Below, piece after piece: positions 37,755 through 48,357 of a stretch of DNA of 64,000 bases; the stretch's first letter is position 1; each line of letters starts with the position of its first letter. The stretch lies in contig CAVXGK010000002.1 in the NCBI GenBank assembly GCA_963761305.1, positions 3,104,001-3,168,000 of the forward strand. Direction: 5' to 3'. A model generated the notes under the pieces. The model ran no database searches and was not told the DNA's origin. It worked only from the letters and a program-made list of their open reading frames with translations. Position numbers and translations under genes: made by a program. The DNA is from an uncultured Gemmatimonadaceae bacterium (GTDB lineage: Bacteria > Gemmatimonadota > Gemmatimonadetes > Gemmatimonadales > Gemmatimonadaceae).

Positions 37755-39896
37755 TCAGAAGATCGTGCCGAATCCGGCCACGAGACGCCAGGGAGCGGCG
37801 TGATCGATCGGTCGCGCGACGCCGACGTGCAGAATATTCGAAAAAAAGCTGAGACCTGCACCCGCGGTCGCGCGGATTCCGTTCGTTGCCGTCGAGAGCG
37901 GAGTCCCCGTGTCGTCCACGCCGAGTTGTCGGACGGAGAGCGCCGCGCCGGACGATGAGATCTCCGTCCACCCGCCCTGAACGCTCGCGACGAGCCCGGG
38001 ACTCACGCCGGGTATGAGAATGCCGCGGAACAGGCGAATCGGTTTCTGCCAGACGCCGAATCGATAGCCGGCGAACGTGCGAAACAGCGCGGCGCGGTCG
38101 CCGGCGAACTGTTTGTATCGATAGCCGGGCAGCGCCTCGTTTCCGCCGAGTTCGAATAGCTGCTGCGGCGGGGGATCATCGCCGAGCACCGTACCAAAAT
38201 CAGCGTGCGCACCGAGCGCGAGCGGTCCCAGGTACTCGCGCGCCGACAGTCCGAGTTCGGCTCGTTGCCACTCGAGTTCGCCCGACGCGTATTCATAGTG
38301 GAGGCGCGCCCCGACACCGGGCCGCAGGTAGTCGCCCGTGACGCTCGGATGAAACTCGGCCGTGAGCGAACCGAACGAGTAGTCGCCCGCCTCGACGCCA
38401 CGGTTTGGCCGGAACCCGCCGTTCGTGGAGATCAGACCTTGCGACAACCGGGCGCGCTCTGGACGATCGTCGCCGAACCCGGCTTCGGCGGTCACGACGG
38501 CGAAGTCGATCCCGCGAACGATTCGCGTCACCGACGCGTCGACGCGGCGCCGGTCGACATAGTCATTGTCGTCGACCGAAGAGATGAGGGCGCTGAATCC
38601 CGGATCGTCGCCGAGCGGCACCGTAAAATCGTTCGTCGAGGCGAGCGTGCGTTCCGCGCGCACCCCGAATGTCTGCGAGCCGCGCTTCCACGACGCGTAC
38701 GCGCCTCCGCGCGCGGTCTGTTCGGTGAACGCCCAGCCACCGAACACGCCGGCCGACAGTCCCGGCGCCGCCGATCGAAACTCGATTCGCGGAGCGACGC
38801 CCATGTAGAGGCCTTCGACGCGGTTGAATCGAAACACGCGATCCAATCCGCCTGAGAACAGCAGCAACTGCGGCGGGCCGTTCGCGCGCCACATCGGCGG
38901 CGCGAGGTCGGCGAAATCGTCGGCTCGCACGGCGCTGGTCTCGGTTCCGATCGCGCTGCGCCAATCGGAGAACGAGTCGACGCTGTCCCTCGGCGCCCAC
39001 GTCACGACCACGCGAGGATGCGGCGTCGTGTCCGGAACCACCGCGCCGGTGTCCGTGACCAGATCGGCGATGGTTGAGACAATTCGAAATACGGGACGGG
39101 TCTGGCCGATCGGTGGGAAGCTGGCTTGAAACTCGGTGCGCTGAAACGACGGCAGCCAATACCGCCCGTCGTACTCGCCGTTGACGAATTCCACGTATGC
39201 CGCGGCGACGACGCCCATCGAGCGGATGACCTTCTCGCCCACGGTCTCGCGGCCGCCGAGGACCACCATTTGGCCGCGCATTCGCACGATCTCCATGCGC
39301 GTCGCATCGAGGTCGATCTCTCCGTCGAATGCGGCGAGACGTGTTTCGCCGTGGAAATCGGGACTCACGCGAATGCGCACGATCGGCACCGACCGTGTTC
39401 CCACGCGCAGCGTCGTGACCGTGTCGCCGCCGCTGAACCGGTAGTATTGATCGCGGTCGCCGGCGAAGGGATGAACGGCGATCACCGTGTCGCGACGGTT
39501 CACCCGCGTCATGTACGCGCCCAGTGAGAGCCGTTCTCCATAGAGCGTCGGCACGGTCCATCCGCGCACGATGGTCAAGCTCGAATACGGGACGCCGACG
39601 GTCTGCGATCGATACCCGATCACGTGCAGATCGTATGGTCCGTCGCGCGTCCAAGTGGCGCGCGACGTCATCTGTTCGATCTCACCGGCATGCTCTCGGC
39701 CGAGCGAGTCGCGAAGGATGAGGCCCACTTCAGTCTCGACGCGACTCGTGTAGCCCCGCAGTTCGCGCGGCGGATTCCGATTCGAATCGGCCGCCGCCGC
39801 AACCATCGCGCGAAGCGCGGGGGACGAATACGTCGAATCCGCGTTCGCCGGCCCCGCCTGAGCGAGCAGAGTGATCGCCAAAAGGTTCGCCAACAC
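37755..39896 (-). CDS. putative outer-membrane beta-barrel protein
   Basis: signal peptide; RFNRVEGL; LGG..LPGY..F.GD BamA/TamA-like segment; terminal Phe. Confidence 0.7.
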   Translation of the reverse strand: MLANLLAITLLAQAGPANADSTYSSPALRAMVAAAADSNRNPPRELRGYTSRVETEVGLILRDSLGREHAGEIEQMTSRATWTRDGPYDLHVIGYRSQTVGVPYSSLTIVRGWTVPTLYGERLSLGAYMTRVNRRDTVIAVHPFAGDRDQYYRFSGGDTVTTLRVGTRSVPIVRIRVSPDFHGETRLAAFDGEIDLDATRMEIVRMRGQMVVLGGRETVGEKVIRSMGVVAAAYVEFVNGEYDGRYWLPSFQRTEFQASFPPIGQTRPVFRIVSTIADLVTDTGAVVPDTTPHPRVVVTWAPRDSVDSFSDWRSAIGTETSAVRADDFADLAPPMWRANGPPQLLLFSGGLDRVFRFNRVEGLYMGVAPRIEFRSAAPGLSAGVFGGWAFTEQTARGGAYASWKRGSQTFGVRAERTLASTNDFTVPLGDDPGFSALISSVDDNDYVDRRRVDASVTRIVRGIDFAVVTAEAGFGDDRPERARLSQGLISTNGGFRPNRGVEAGDYSFGSLTAEFHPSVTGDYLRPGVGARLHYEYASGELEWQRAELGLSAREYLGPLALGAHADFGTVLGDDPPPQQLFELGGNEALPGYRYKQFAGDRAALFRTFAGYRFGVWQKPIRLFRGILIPGVSPGLVASVQGGWTEISSSGAALSVRQLGVDDTGTPLSTATNGIRATAGAGLSFFSNILHVGVARPIDHAAPWRLVAGFGTIF

Positions 39897-39904
39897 GGTT
39901 GGGC

Positions 39905-41848
39905 CTACGACGAACGGTCGGCGAGGGTGTCAGCGATCTCCGTGGCGGCCGCCCATTCGTCGAGCGAACGATCGAGGTTTCGCTTCGCGTCCTCCAGCTC
40001 GCGGCCGAGCGCGCTCGCGCGCTTCGCGCCGTCCGGCGCGACGTACAGGCCGGGATCCTCCAACTCCCGCGTCACGTCGGCGACGCGTCGTTCGAGCGCC
40101 TCGATCTCGGCCTCGAGCTCCGAAATTCGACGCTGCGCGTTTCGCACGGCCACCTTGGTCGAGCGCGCCGCCTCGTCGCGTCGATGGGTCTTCTTCTGTT
40201 CGTCGACGCGACGGATCCGTTCGTCTTCCTGGGCGACGAGCGCGGCGGCGCGAGCGCGCTCGGCCGACACGACTTCCCATTCGGCAAAACCGCCGGCGAA
40301 CGTCGTGATCCGGTGATCGTAGAGCAACCATATTTGCGTGGTGAGTCCGCGGAGCAATTCGCGGTCGTGGCTCACGAGTAGCACCGTTCCTTCGTAGTCG
40401 CCGATCGCATCCTCGAGCGCTTCGATCGACTCGACATCGAGATGATTCGTCGGCTCGTCCAGCACGAGCAGGTTGGCGCCGCTCAGCATCAGCATCGCGA
40501 GCCCCACGCGTGCGCGCTCGCCACCGGAGAGCGAGTCGGATCGTCGGGAGACTTCGTCGCCAGAGAAACCGAACCGGCCAAGATGGCCTTGGACCAACCG
40601 CCGGTCCCATGTCGGGCGAAGATCGTTGATGACGTCATATAGCGTCCTGTCGAGCGGCACCTGCGCCAAATCCTGCCGGTAGTACCCGACGGTGACGCCC
40701 GCGCCGACCCGCAAGGATCGGTTCGGTTCCCCGTGATCGTCGAGCAACGTACGGAGTAAAGTCGTCTTGCCCGATCCGTTGGGCCCGACCAGGCCGAGCA
40801 CTTCACCGCGCATCAGTGTGCCGGTGGCTTCCTCGACCAGCACTCGCGAGCCGACACTCACGCTCGCACGCTCGGCTACCACGACGCGATCACCGCCGCG
40901 CGCGACGGGCGTGAACCGGAGCGACATTGCCGCTTCGTCGCCCGGCGGCGGACTCAAACGCTCCATTCGCGCCAGTCGCGTGCGGCGCCCTTTGGCTTGA
41001 CGAGTGTTCTGTCCCGCGATGTTGCGCGCGATGTAGTCCTCTTCGTTCGCGATCTTCCGCTGTTGCTGCGCGAATTGGCGCTGTGCGGTGAGCCGCCGGA
41101 GAGAGCGTTGCTCTACGAACGATGCGTAGCCCCCGTCGTACGCGGTCGCCGTGCCGCCCTCGAAGTGAAGTACGTGATCCGCGACGGCCGCCAGGAACGC
41201 CCGGTCGTGGCTGATCAGCAGGACCGTCGTTCGCACGCCGGCGAGGTACGACTCCAGCCACGCCGTCGTCTCCAGATCGAGGTGGTTGGTCGGCTCGTCC
41301 ATCAGCAGCACGTCCGCCGGTGCGACGAGTTGGCGCACCAGGCCGAGACGGCCACGCTCACCGCCGCTTAGGTGCGCGACGAGCGCACTTCGCGCGGCCG
41401 CGGGCTCGAACCCGAGCCCGTGGAGCACCGCGTCGACGCGCGGCGCGACCGTGTAGCCGCCTTCGCGCTCGAATCGCTCGAGGTTGTGTCCGTACGCCGC
41501 GAGCTCTGCTTCGCCACCCTCGCTGAGTCGTTTCGCCTGTTCGATCAGATCGCGCTCGAGCGCGAGCAAATCGGCATACGGGCCGGCGGCCGCCTCCCAT
41601 ACGGTCAATGCACCTCCGAACTCGCGGTGCTGCTCGAGCAATGAGACTCGAAGACCCGGCTGCTTCGCGATCTCACCCCGAGTGGGCTCGAGCTCTTCCG
41701 TGAGAAGCCGAAAAAGCGTCGTCTTGCCGGTGCCGTTTCGTCCGACGATCCCCCACCGCTGTCCCGCCGCGACGGTGATCGAGATATCGTCGAAGACCTG
41801 CGTCGCCCCGAAGTCGACGCCGACCCTCGCCAGCGAGAAGAGCGTCAC
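39905..41848 (-). CDS. ABC-F family ATPase
   Basis: two NBDs (GRNGTGKT, GPNGSGKT; LSGGE; DEPTNHLD x2), no TM, C-terminal coil. Confidence 0.93.
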   Translation of the reverse strand: MTLFSLARVGVDFGATQVFDDISITVAAGQRWGIVGRNGTGKTTLFRLLTEELEPTRGEIAKQPGLRVSLLEQHREFGGALTVWEAAAGPYADLLALERDLIEQAKRLSEGGEAELAAYGHNLERFEREGGYTVAPRVDAVLHGLGFEPAAARSALVAHLSGGERGRLGLVRQLVAPADVLLMDEPTNHLDLETTAWLESYLAGVRTTVLLISHDRAFLAAVADHVLHFEGGTATAYDGGYASFVEQRSLRRLTAQRQFAQQQRKIANEEDYIARNIAGQNTRQAKGRRTRLARMERLSPPPGDEAAMSLRFTPVARGGDRVVVAERASVSVGSRVLVEEATGTLMRGEVLGLVGPNGSGKTTLLRTLLDDHGEPNRSLRVGAGVTVGYYRQDLAQVPLDRTLYDVINDLRPTWDRRLVQGHLGRFGFSGDEVSRRSDSLSGGERARVGLAMLMLSGANLLVLDEPTNHLDVESIEALEDAIGDYEGTVLLVSHDRELLRGLTTQIWLLYDHRITTFAGGFAEWEVVSAERARAAALVAQEDERIRRVDEQKKTHRRDEAARSTKVAVRNAQRRISELEAEIEALERRVADVTRELEDPGLYVAPDGAKRASALGRELEDAKRNLDRSLDEWAAATEIADTLADRSS

Positions 41849-42192
41849 TTCGCGGTCCAGCCCTTCCAGTCCTGTTCGGCGAGCCCGACAGTGAGCGCGT
41901 TGCCGTTGCGGACTAGCGGCATCACCAACAGGTGCGGTTCGTCGACGAGCTTCTCGAGCCATCGTTCGTCGGAAAACCGAGCGTGCCGCAAGCCGAGCTC
42001 GTCGAATCGACGCGATTCGCGATCGATCAATCGGTCGAGTCCGAACCTTTGCGCGAAACGCTTGAGCTCGCCCGGCGACGCCGCACGTTCGTCCAGATCG
42101 ACGAAGTGCGTCTTGATCCGTCTTTCGGCGAAGAACCGCAACGCCTTTCTCGTGTCCGCGCTTTTCTTCACTCCGAAGACCTGAACTTCCAT
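41845..42192 (-). CDS. ArsC/Spx-family protein lacking cysteines
   Basis: VFGVKKSADTRKALRFF..EPHLLVMPLV; GTGA overlap with ABC-F. Confidence 0.82.
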   Translation of the reverse strand: MEVQVFGVKKSADTRKALRFFAERRIKTHFVDLDERAASPGELKRFAQRFGLDRLIDRESRRFDELGLRHARFSDERWLEKLVDEPHLLVMPLVRNGNALTVGLAEQDWKGWTAK

Positions 42193-42231
42193 CGCTCGCG
42201 CTTGGCTGTTATTGATCGCGGTCACCCAGCG

Positions 42232-43260
42232 ATGCCCACGAGAGGCCCGTTCGTGCCGCCTGCGTCCCGCCGACGAAGCGAGTATACCTACCGCCCGGCG
42301 TGGTGGGTACCCGGCGCGCACGCGCAGACAATGTGGGGAAAGTTCTTTCGCCGGCGAGACACCTATGGCGCACGCCGAGAACGGTGGGACACGCCCGACG
42401 GCGATTTTGTCGATCTGTACCGCATCGACGCGCCGGACGGCGCTCCCCGGCTGTTCTTCCTGCACGGCTTGGAAGGAACCATCCGGTCACATTACGTATC
42501 GGGGTTCTTTGGAGAAGCCCGTCGTCGCGGGTGGGGTGCCGATCTCCTGATCTTTCGTGGCTGCGGTGACGAACCCAACCGCGCGCCCCGCTTCTATCAT
42601 TCCGGCGAAACCGGGGACCTCGCCTTCGCACTCGGCCGCGTGTTGGCCGAGTACCCTCGCTCACCGATTGTGGTCGCCGGCGTTTCGCTCGGCGGCAACG
42701 TGCTGCTCAAGTACCTCGGCGAACGGGGCGATTATCTCCCGCCAAGGGTGCGTGGTGCTGCCACCATCTCGGTTCCCTATGACCTGGAGAGAGGCGCGCG
42801 CCACATCTCGACCGGATTCGCGCGAGTGTACGATCGCCACTTTCTGCGCACACTCCGCACGAAGGCGGAGGCGAAGCTGGCTCGCTATCCCGAGCTATTC
42901 GATCCGAAACAACTGGCGGCGGCGACCTCGATCTACGAGTTCGACGACGCGGTGACCGCACCAGTGCACGGGTTCGCCGATGCGCACGACTATTACGCCA
43001 AGTCGAGCTCGCTGCGGTGGCTTGGGCGGATCAGGCGACCTACGTTCCTCATGAGCGCGGTGGACGATCCCTTTCTGCCGCCTGAAGTGCTCGATGAGGT
43101 TCGCCGCATCGCGCGCGACAACCCGGAATTGACGCTCGAATTCACGGCGCACGGTGGGCACGTCGGTTTCGTCAGTGGCCGTTGGCCGTGGGCCGCATCG
43201 TATTACGCGGAGTGGCGCGCGTGCGAGTTTCTTGCGAATTCGTTGCTTCGCCGAGCTTGA
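42232..43260 (+). CDS. YheT-like alpha/beta hydrolase
   Basis: HAQT, TPDGDFVDL, HGLEG, FRGC, YHSGET, GVSLGG, DDPF, GGHVGF. Confidence 0.92.
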   Translation: MPTRGPFVPPASRRRSEYTYRPAWWVPGAHAQTMWGKFFRRRDTYGARRERWDTPDGDFVDLYRIDAPDGAPRLFFLHGLEGTIRSHYVSGFFGEARRRGWGADLLIFRGCGDEPNRAPRFYHSGETGDLAFALGRVLAEYPRSPIVVAGVSLGGNVLLKYLGERGDYLPPRVRGAATISVPYDLERGARHISTGFARVYDRHFLRTLRTKAEAKLARYPELFDPKQLAAATSIYEFDDAVTAPVHGFADAHDYYAKSSSLRWLGRIRRPTFLMSAVDDPFLPPEVLDEVRRIARDNPELTLEFTAHGGHVGFVSGRWPWAASYYAEWRACEFLANSLLRRA

Positions 43261-43337
43261 AAAGGACGCGCATCGCCTCACATTCCGTTCGTCGACCGGG
43301 CGCTCGAAGGCCGCCAGGCAACCCGAACAACTGACGC

Positions 43338-43865
43338 ATGACGGTTCTTTACCTCGCGAGCTTCATCGGCGGCTTGATTCTGGCCGTGCGCATCATGACC
43401 CACGGCGTCGAGCGGCCGCGCGAGGAACACCCGACGGGCGACCGATCCTTTCGACTGTCGACGCCCGTGATCGTGAGCTTCACGATGCTGTTCGGGGCTG
43501 CGGGCTACCTCCTGACACGCGGCGGCGCCTCGTCGTCGATCGCGATACCGGTGGCGGCCCTGCTCGGTGCCGCGGGAGCGATCATTGCTGCGAATCTGGT
43601 CAGGAGATGGTGGCGTGTAGTGCCGGAACACGACGTCGACGACGAGCGTTATGTATTGCAGGGACACCTGGCTCGTGTGACGAAATCGATCGGTCCGGAT
43701 GTTGACGGTGAAGTAGCGTTCGAGTTGGGTGGCGATCGCAAGCGACTCCGGGCTCGGGGTTCTCTCGGGGGAGCCATTGCCGCCGACACGGACGTGGTCA
43801 TCGAGCGAGTCGAGGCGGACGTCGCGTACGTAGAAGCCTGGGCCGACGTCGAGAAGCGACTGTAG
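43338..43865 (+). CDS. short NfeD-like membrane protein
   Basis: three TM segments plus C-terminal OB-like GHLARV..GEV..ARG..VVIERVE..AYV. Confidence 0.7.
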   Translation: MTVLYLASFIGGLILAVRIMTHGVERPREEHPTGDRSFRLSTPVIVSFTMLFGAAGYLLTRGGASSSIAIPVAALLGAAGAIIAANLVRRWWRVVPEHDVDDERYVLQGHLARVTKSIGPDVDGEVAFELGGDRKRLRARGSLGGAIAADTDVVIERVEADVAYVEAWADVEKRL

Positions 43866-43891
43866 GCCGTTAGCGGAGGAGGGGAGGGGCG

Positions 43892-44167
43892 ATGTGGGAC
43901 GCGATCCTGTGCATTCTCATCATCGGCGGCTTCTTCGTCCTGCGCGCCGTGCTCGCTACTGTCTTCTTCTTCTACCTACTGCCGCAGGGCGATCACTGCC
44001 CGAATTGCGACGCGGTGACTTTACGCATTCAGTCGCGCGCCTGGAATTTCTTTTTCCCTAAGTTCAGGACGAGTTGGTGCTACGAGTGCGGATGGCACGG
44101 CCTTCTGCGACACGGGCCGCTCGGAGCGCCGACCGCGACAGCCGAACTGACGCGCCACCCGCGTTGA
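43892..44167 (+). CDS. small membrane protein with Zn-ribbon
   Basis: GGAGG RBS; N-terminal TM; CPNC..CYECGW. Confidence 0.75.
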   Translation: MWDAILCILIIGGFFVLRAVLATVFFFYLLPQGDHCPNCDAVTLRIQSRAWNFFFPKFRTSWCYECGWHGLLRHGPLGAPTATAELTRHPR

Positions 44168-44171
44168 ACCG

Positions 44172-44459
44172 TCAAGCGCTCGCCGCCAGCACCGCGAGCC
44201 ACTCCGGCCAGTTGCCGCTCAACTCGAAGAAGTCGTCGAAATAGTTGAGGCCGAGCCGCTCGAGCTCGGCGATGACGTCAGCCACAGCATCTCCCTCGCC
44301 GTAGATCGGGCCGATCACGACGAGGCCGCCTTCGACGCGGAACTCGTCGGTGGTCAAGCCAAATCGCTCGTCAATCGTCGCGCGAGTCAGCCCGCTCGAT
44401 TCGTAAGCGAGTCGGCGAATCAGAATGGAGGGAGCGCCGGCTTGAATTGAGAGTGCCAT
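44172..44459 (-). CDS. hypothetical protein
   Basis: 95-aa ORF fills the gap; globular composition. Confidence 0.7.
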   Translation of the reverse strand: MALSIQAGAPSILIRRLAYESSGLTRATIDERFGLTTDEFRVEGGLVVIGPIYGEGDAVADVIAELERLGLNYFDDFFELSGNWPEWLAVLAASA

Positions 44460-44629
44460 GGTAGTCCCGAGCTCTGGGTCGCTGCGTGGTGGGAGAGGGG
44501 CGGGAATATAGGTAGGTCATCGGATGGCGATCGATTCGCGGATGGCCGAGATCGTAACGGGTGGGACAGCCGGAGCCGGCTCCCTGCGCGCGTCCGCCAG
44601 CCGTAGGTTTGCGAATGGGTTCCAGTCTC

Positions 44630-46564
44630 ATGCACGCTGATTCCAGCTTGGAAGCGTCGTTCGACGTCATCGTCGTTGGCGCCGGACACGCGGGCACCGA
44701 GGCCGCCGTCGCGGCCGCGCGATCGGGAGCGAGCGTCGCGATCGTGACGAGCGCCCTGGAGACGATCGGCCAGATGTCTTGCAATCCGGCGATCGGTGGG
44801 ATCGCGAAAGGCACGGTCGTCCGCGAGGTCGACGCGCTTGGCGGGATCATGGGGCGCGCTACCGATCTCGCGACGCTTCAGTTTCGAATGCTTAACCGGA
44901 GCAAGGGTCCAGCCGTATGGGCACCTCGCGCCCAATGCGATCGCGGCCTGTATCGCCGTGCGGTGCGTACACTGCTCGAAGAGCAGCCCGCGATTCACAC
45001 GGTGCAGGGCACGGTGGCGCGGCTTCTGTTCGATCCCGCCGAACCGGTCGTTCAGGGCGTCGAGACGCTGGAAGGGAGGCGCTTCGGTGCCAGAGCCGTC
45101 GTCATCACGACGGGCACGTTCCTCCGCGGACGGATCCACATCGGGACTACGACGAAGATCGGCGGGGGTCGCGCCGGCGAGTCGGCGGCAACCCATCTCG
45201 CCGAACAGTTGGAGGCGGTCGGGCTGACGGTTGCGCGCTTCAAGACCGGTACGCCGCCGCGAATCGATGGCCGCTCGGTCGACTTCGAGCGTCTCGAGCA
45301 GCAAGAAAGTGAGATCGAGCAGTTCGACTATTCGTGGTCGCATTTCTGGCCCGCACCACGGCGAACCGGCCAATCGACGCGCCATCCGGGTCAGCTGCCG
45401 TGCTGGATCACCTTCCTCGGCGCACCCGGTAAGCAGATCATCCAGGACAACATCGGCCGCTCGGCGATGTACGGCGGCGCGATCGAGTCGCGCGGGCCGA
45501 GGTACTGCCCGTCGGTCGAGGACAAGATCGTGAAGTTCCCGGCGGCGGAGCGCCATCAGCTGTTCCTCGAGCCGGAAGGACACGACACGTCCGAGCTGTA
45601 CGTCAACGGGCTCTCCACGTCGCTGCCGGCGCCCGTGCAGATGGACATCCTGCGCACCATTCCCGGCCTGGAGCGCGTGCGGATGACGCGCGCCGGCTAC
45701 GCGATCGAGTACGACTACTACCCGCCGACGCAGCTCGATGCGACGCTGCAGGTCAAGGCGGTTCGCGGCCTGTATTTCGCCGGCCAGATCAACGGCACCA
45801 CGGGCTATGAAGAGGCGGCGGGCCAGGGCACGGTCGCCGGCCTCAACGCCGCCCGCGCCGTCCGCGGCCGCGCGGGGGTCGTCCTGGGCCGAGAGAGTTC
45901 TTATATAGGCGTGCTCGTTGACGATCTCATAACGCGCGGCGTCGACGAACCCTATCGCCTCTTCACGTCGCGCTCCGAGTTCCGGCTGACGGTTCGGCAG
46001 GACAATGCCCTGCGCCGATTGGCGGCGATCGGGGTCGAGATCGGCCTCTACACGCCGCGCGAGCGAGAAGTGATCGCGCGTCGATCCGACGACGAATCTG
46101 CCGCGCTAAGCCTCGCCGGGACGACGAGCCTCAACCCGGTGAACGCAGCGCCGTTGCTCGCTCGAGCCGGCAGCGCGGCTCTGGTTCAATCAACGCGAAT
46201 CGCGGACCTGGCGAAGCGGCAAGGCGTTTCGCTCGGCGAATTGTTCGGGGCCGCCGGCGTTGGGGGCGGTCTTCTCGCTGACGCCGTCGTAACGGCCGAC
46301 CTTGAGATCAAATACGCCGGCTACTTCACGCGTGAGCGTGACCAGGCGGCGAAGTTGCGGCGGATGGGAGAGTTTTCACTCGAGGCCGATGCGCCGTACG
46401 ACGAGATGCGTTCGTTGTCGCTGGAGGCGCGGCAGAAGTTGGCGGCGGTCCGGCCGACGACCTTGGCGCAAGCATCGCGCATTCCCGGCGTCAGCCCAAC
46501 CGACCTTCAGAACCTGGTCATCGAGATGGAGAAGCTGCGCCGCGCTTCCGCCGGCGCAACGTAG
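44630..46564 (+). CDS. mnmG: tRNA uridine-5-carboxymethylaminomethyl(34) synthesis enzyme
   Basis: [57 protein letters not shown]; start 44615 or 44630. Confidence 0.98.
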   Translation: MHADSSLEASFDVIVVGAGHAGTEAAVAAARSGASVAIVTSALETIGQMSCNPAIGGIAKGTVVREVDALGGIMGRATDLATLQFRMLNRSKGPAVWAPRAQCDRGLYRRAVRTLLEEQPAIHTVQGTVARLLFDPAEPVVQGVETLEGRRFGARAVVITTGTFLRGRIHIGTTTKIGGGRAGESAATHLAEQLEAVGLTVARFKTGTPPRIDGRSVDFERLEQQESEIEQFDYSWSHFWPAPRRTGQSTRHPGQLPCWITFLGAPGKQIIQDNIGRSAMYGGAIESRGPRYCPSVEDKIVKFPAAERHQLFLEPEGHDTSELYVNGLSTSLPAPVQMDILRTIPGLERVRMTRAGYAIEYDYYPPTQLDATLQVKAVRGLYFAGQINGTTGYEEAAGQGTVAGLNAARAVRGRAGVVLGRESSYIGVLVDDLITRGVDEPYRLFTSRSEFRLTVRQDNALRRLAAIGVEIGLYTPREREVIARRSDDESAALSLAGTTSLNPVNAAPLLARAGSAALVQSTRIADLAKRQGVSLGELFGAAGVGGGLLADAVVTADLEIKYAGYFTRERDQAAKLRRMGEFSLEADAPYDEMRSLSLEARQKLAAVRPTTLAQASRIPGVSPTDLQNLVIEMEKLRRASAGAT

Positions 46565-46674
46565 TGGCCGAACGTCCGGGTTGCGATATATCGCTCTCGA
46601 GACGGCGACTGGCTGGACCGACCAACCAGGCGCACACCTCGACTCGGCTGCGCGCCAATAGATGGGAGGAGACG

Positions 46675-47397
46675 ATGCGAAGTGTGTGTGCCGGTGCTGC
46701 ATGCGGCGTCTCGTTGTTTGGCGCGCTCCTAGGAGCTCAGACGTCGAGCACTTCGTTGGTAGCGCCAGCGCAGCTGGTTACTACAGGGGTCGGCGAGGCT
46801 TCGGCGGTTCCAGATCGCGCGACGATCTACATCAGCGTTCATTCGAGGGCCACTACGGTGGCGTCTGCGTCGGCCGATAACGCCCGTCGGGTTCGAGCGG
46901 TGATGGATTCCCTGCGGGCGATGGGAATTGGCGCGGACCAAGCGACAACCGCGAGTTACAGCGTGAATCCCGAGATGGCGTATTCGACGACGTCGTCGGA
47001 GTCGCCGCGGGTTGTGGCGTACACGGTGATGAACTCCCTGCGCGTGAAGTTGAAGACGGTGGATGAAGTCGGTCGGGTTATCGACGCGGCGCTGGCGAAG
47101 GGGGCGAATGAGATTTCGAGTCTTCAGTTCTTCTCGTCAAAGGCGGATTCCGCTCGCTCTGTCGCACTGGCGGCCGCGGTCGCCGATGCGAAAGCCCAGG
47201 CCGAGGTAATGGCGCTAGCCGCCGGCGGGTCGCTCGGGCCACTTCTCGAGTTGAATACGTCGTCTGTACCGATTCGTCCGATGCCGCTTATTCAGCCGAT
47301 GATGATGCGCGCGGCGAACCCGACGCCCATCACGCCAGGGGAGCAGACCGTGAGCGCAACCGTCACTGGGCGCTGGGCGTTTATCTCCGGCCGCTGA
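46675..47397 (+). CDS. SIMPL (DUF541) periplasmic protein
   Basis: GGAGG RBS, signal peptide, TGVGE..PDRA, IDAALAKGAN, ADAKAQAE, PITPGEQTVSATV. Confidence 0.88.
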   Translation: MRSVCAGAACGVSLFGALLGAQTSSTSLVAPAQLVTTGVGEASAVPDRATIYISVHSRATTVASASADNARRVRAVMDSLRAMGIGADQATTASYSVNPEMAYSTTSSESPRVVAYTVMNSLRVKLKTVDEVGRVIDAALAKGANEISSLQFFSSKADSARSVALAAAVADAKAQAEVMALAAGGSLGPLLELNTSSVPIRPMPLIQPMMMRAANPTPITPGEQTVSATVTGRWAFISGR

Positions 47398-47428
47398 CAT
47401 TTGGCCGACCGGTCGAATGAACCGACAA

Positions 47429-47444
47429 AGTGCCACGTGAAACA
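47429..47444. other. parS: parS site (degenerate)
   Basis: AGTGCCACGTGAAACA versus consensus TGTTNCACGTGAAACA. Confidence 0.7.
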
Positions 47445-47469
47445 CTTGACCGATCCGAGACGACCAGAA

Positions 47470-47485
47470 CGTTTCACGTGGAACG
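47470..47485. other. parS: parS site
   Basis: CGTTTCACGTGGAACG, directly upstream of parA. Confidence 0.88.
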
Positions 47486-47589
47486 TTGTTCGGGTTGGCC
47501 GTCAGCCGTTAGATTGGCCGGCCTGACCGGATCCGACGCATCGGCAGCAATCTTCGTTCAGCGCCAGCAGCGACTCAAACCGAACAAAA

Positions 47590-48357
47590 GTGGCCCGTGT
47601 TATCGCGATAGCCAACCAGAAAGGCGGGGTCGGCAAGACCACGACTGCGGTGAACCTTGCGGCCAGCCTAGCTGCGGCGGAAGCAAAGACGCTCCTGGTC
47701 GATGGTGATCCACAGGGAAACGCCACGAGTGGCGTTGGGGTGGATCTGGCCCGAATCCACGGAACGATCTACGACGTCGTGCTCGGCGCGATGGGGCTCG
47801 ACGAGGTAATTGTCGACGACGTCAACTTCGGCCATCTCGACGTAGCGCCGGCGACGCCGGATCTCGCTGGGGCGGAAGTCGAACTGGTGGACCGTCCCAA
47901 CCGCGACCGGATGATGCGCGACGCGCTGTCGGCGGTTCGAGATCGGTACGAGTTCGTGCTCATCGACTGTCCGCCGTCGCTGGGACTCATCACGCTCAAC
48001 ATGCTTGCGGCGGCGGACTCCCTCCTGATTCCTCTGCAGTGCGAGTACTACGCCCTCGAGGGCTTGTCCCAGTTGCTGAACACAGTTCACCTCGTGCAGC
48101 GAAGCGTCAATCAAGACCTGGCGATCGTGGGAGTGCTGCTTACGATGTACGACGCCAGACTCAACCTCTCTCGACAGGTCGCTGCCGACGCACGCGAGTA
48201 CTTCGGCGCTGAGGTTTTCGAGACGGTTATCCCGCGCAACGTTCGGCTAGCTGAGGCACCAAGCTTCGGAAAGCCCATCATGCTTTACGATATTGCGTCT
48301 ATCGGTGCCCAGGCCTATATGGCTGTGGCCAAAGAACTTATGCGGAGGACTCGATGA
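47590..48357 (+). CDS. parA: chromosome partitioning ATPase
   Basis: NQKGGVGKTT, DPQGNAT, IDCPPSLG, QCEYYALEG, LAEAPSFG. Confidence 0.97.
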   Translation: MARVIAIANQKGGVGKTTTAVNLAASLAAAEAKTLLVDGDPQGNATSGVGVDLARIHGTIYDVVLGAMGLDEVIVDDVNFGHLDVAPATPDLAGAEVELVDRPNRDRMMRDALSAVRDRYEFVLIDCPPSLGLITLNMLAAADSLLIPLQCEYYALEGLSQLLNTVHLVQRSVNQDLAIVGVLLTMYDARLNLSRQVAADAREYFGAEVFETVIPRNVRLAEAPSFGKPIMLYDIASIGAQAYMAVAKELMRRTR

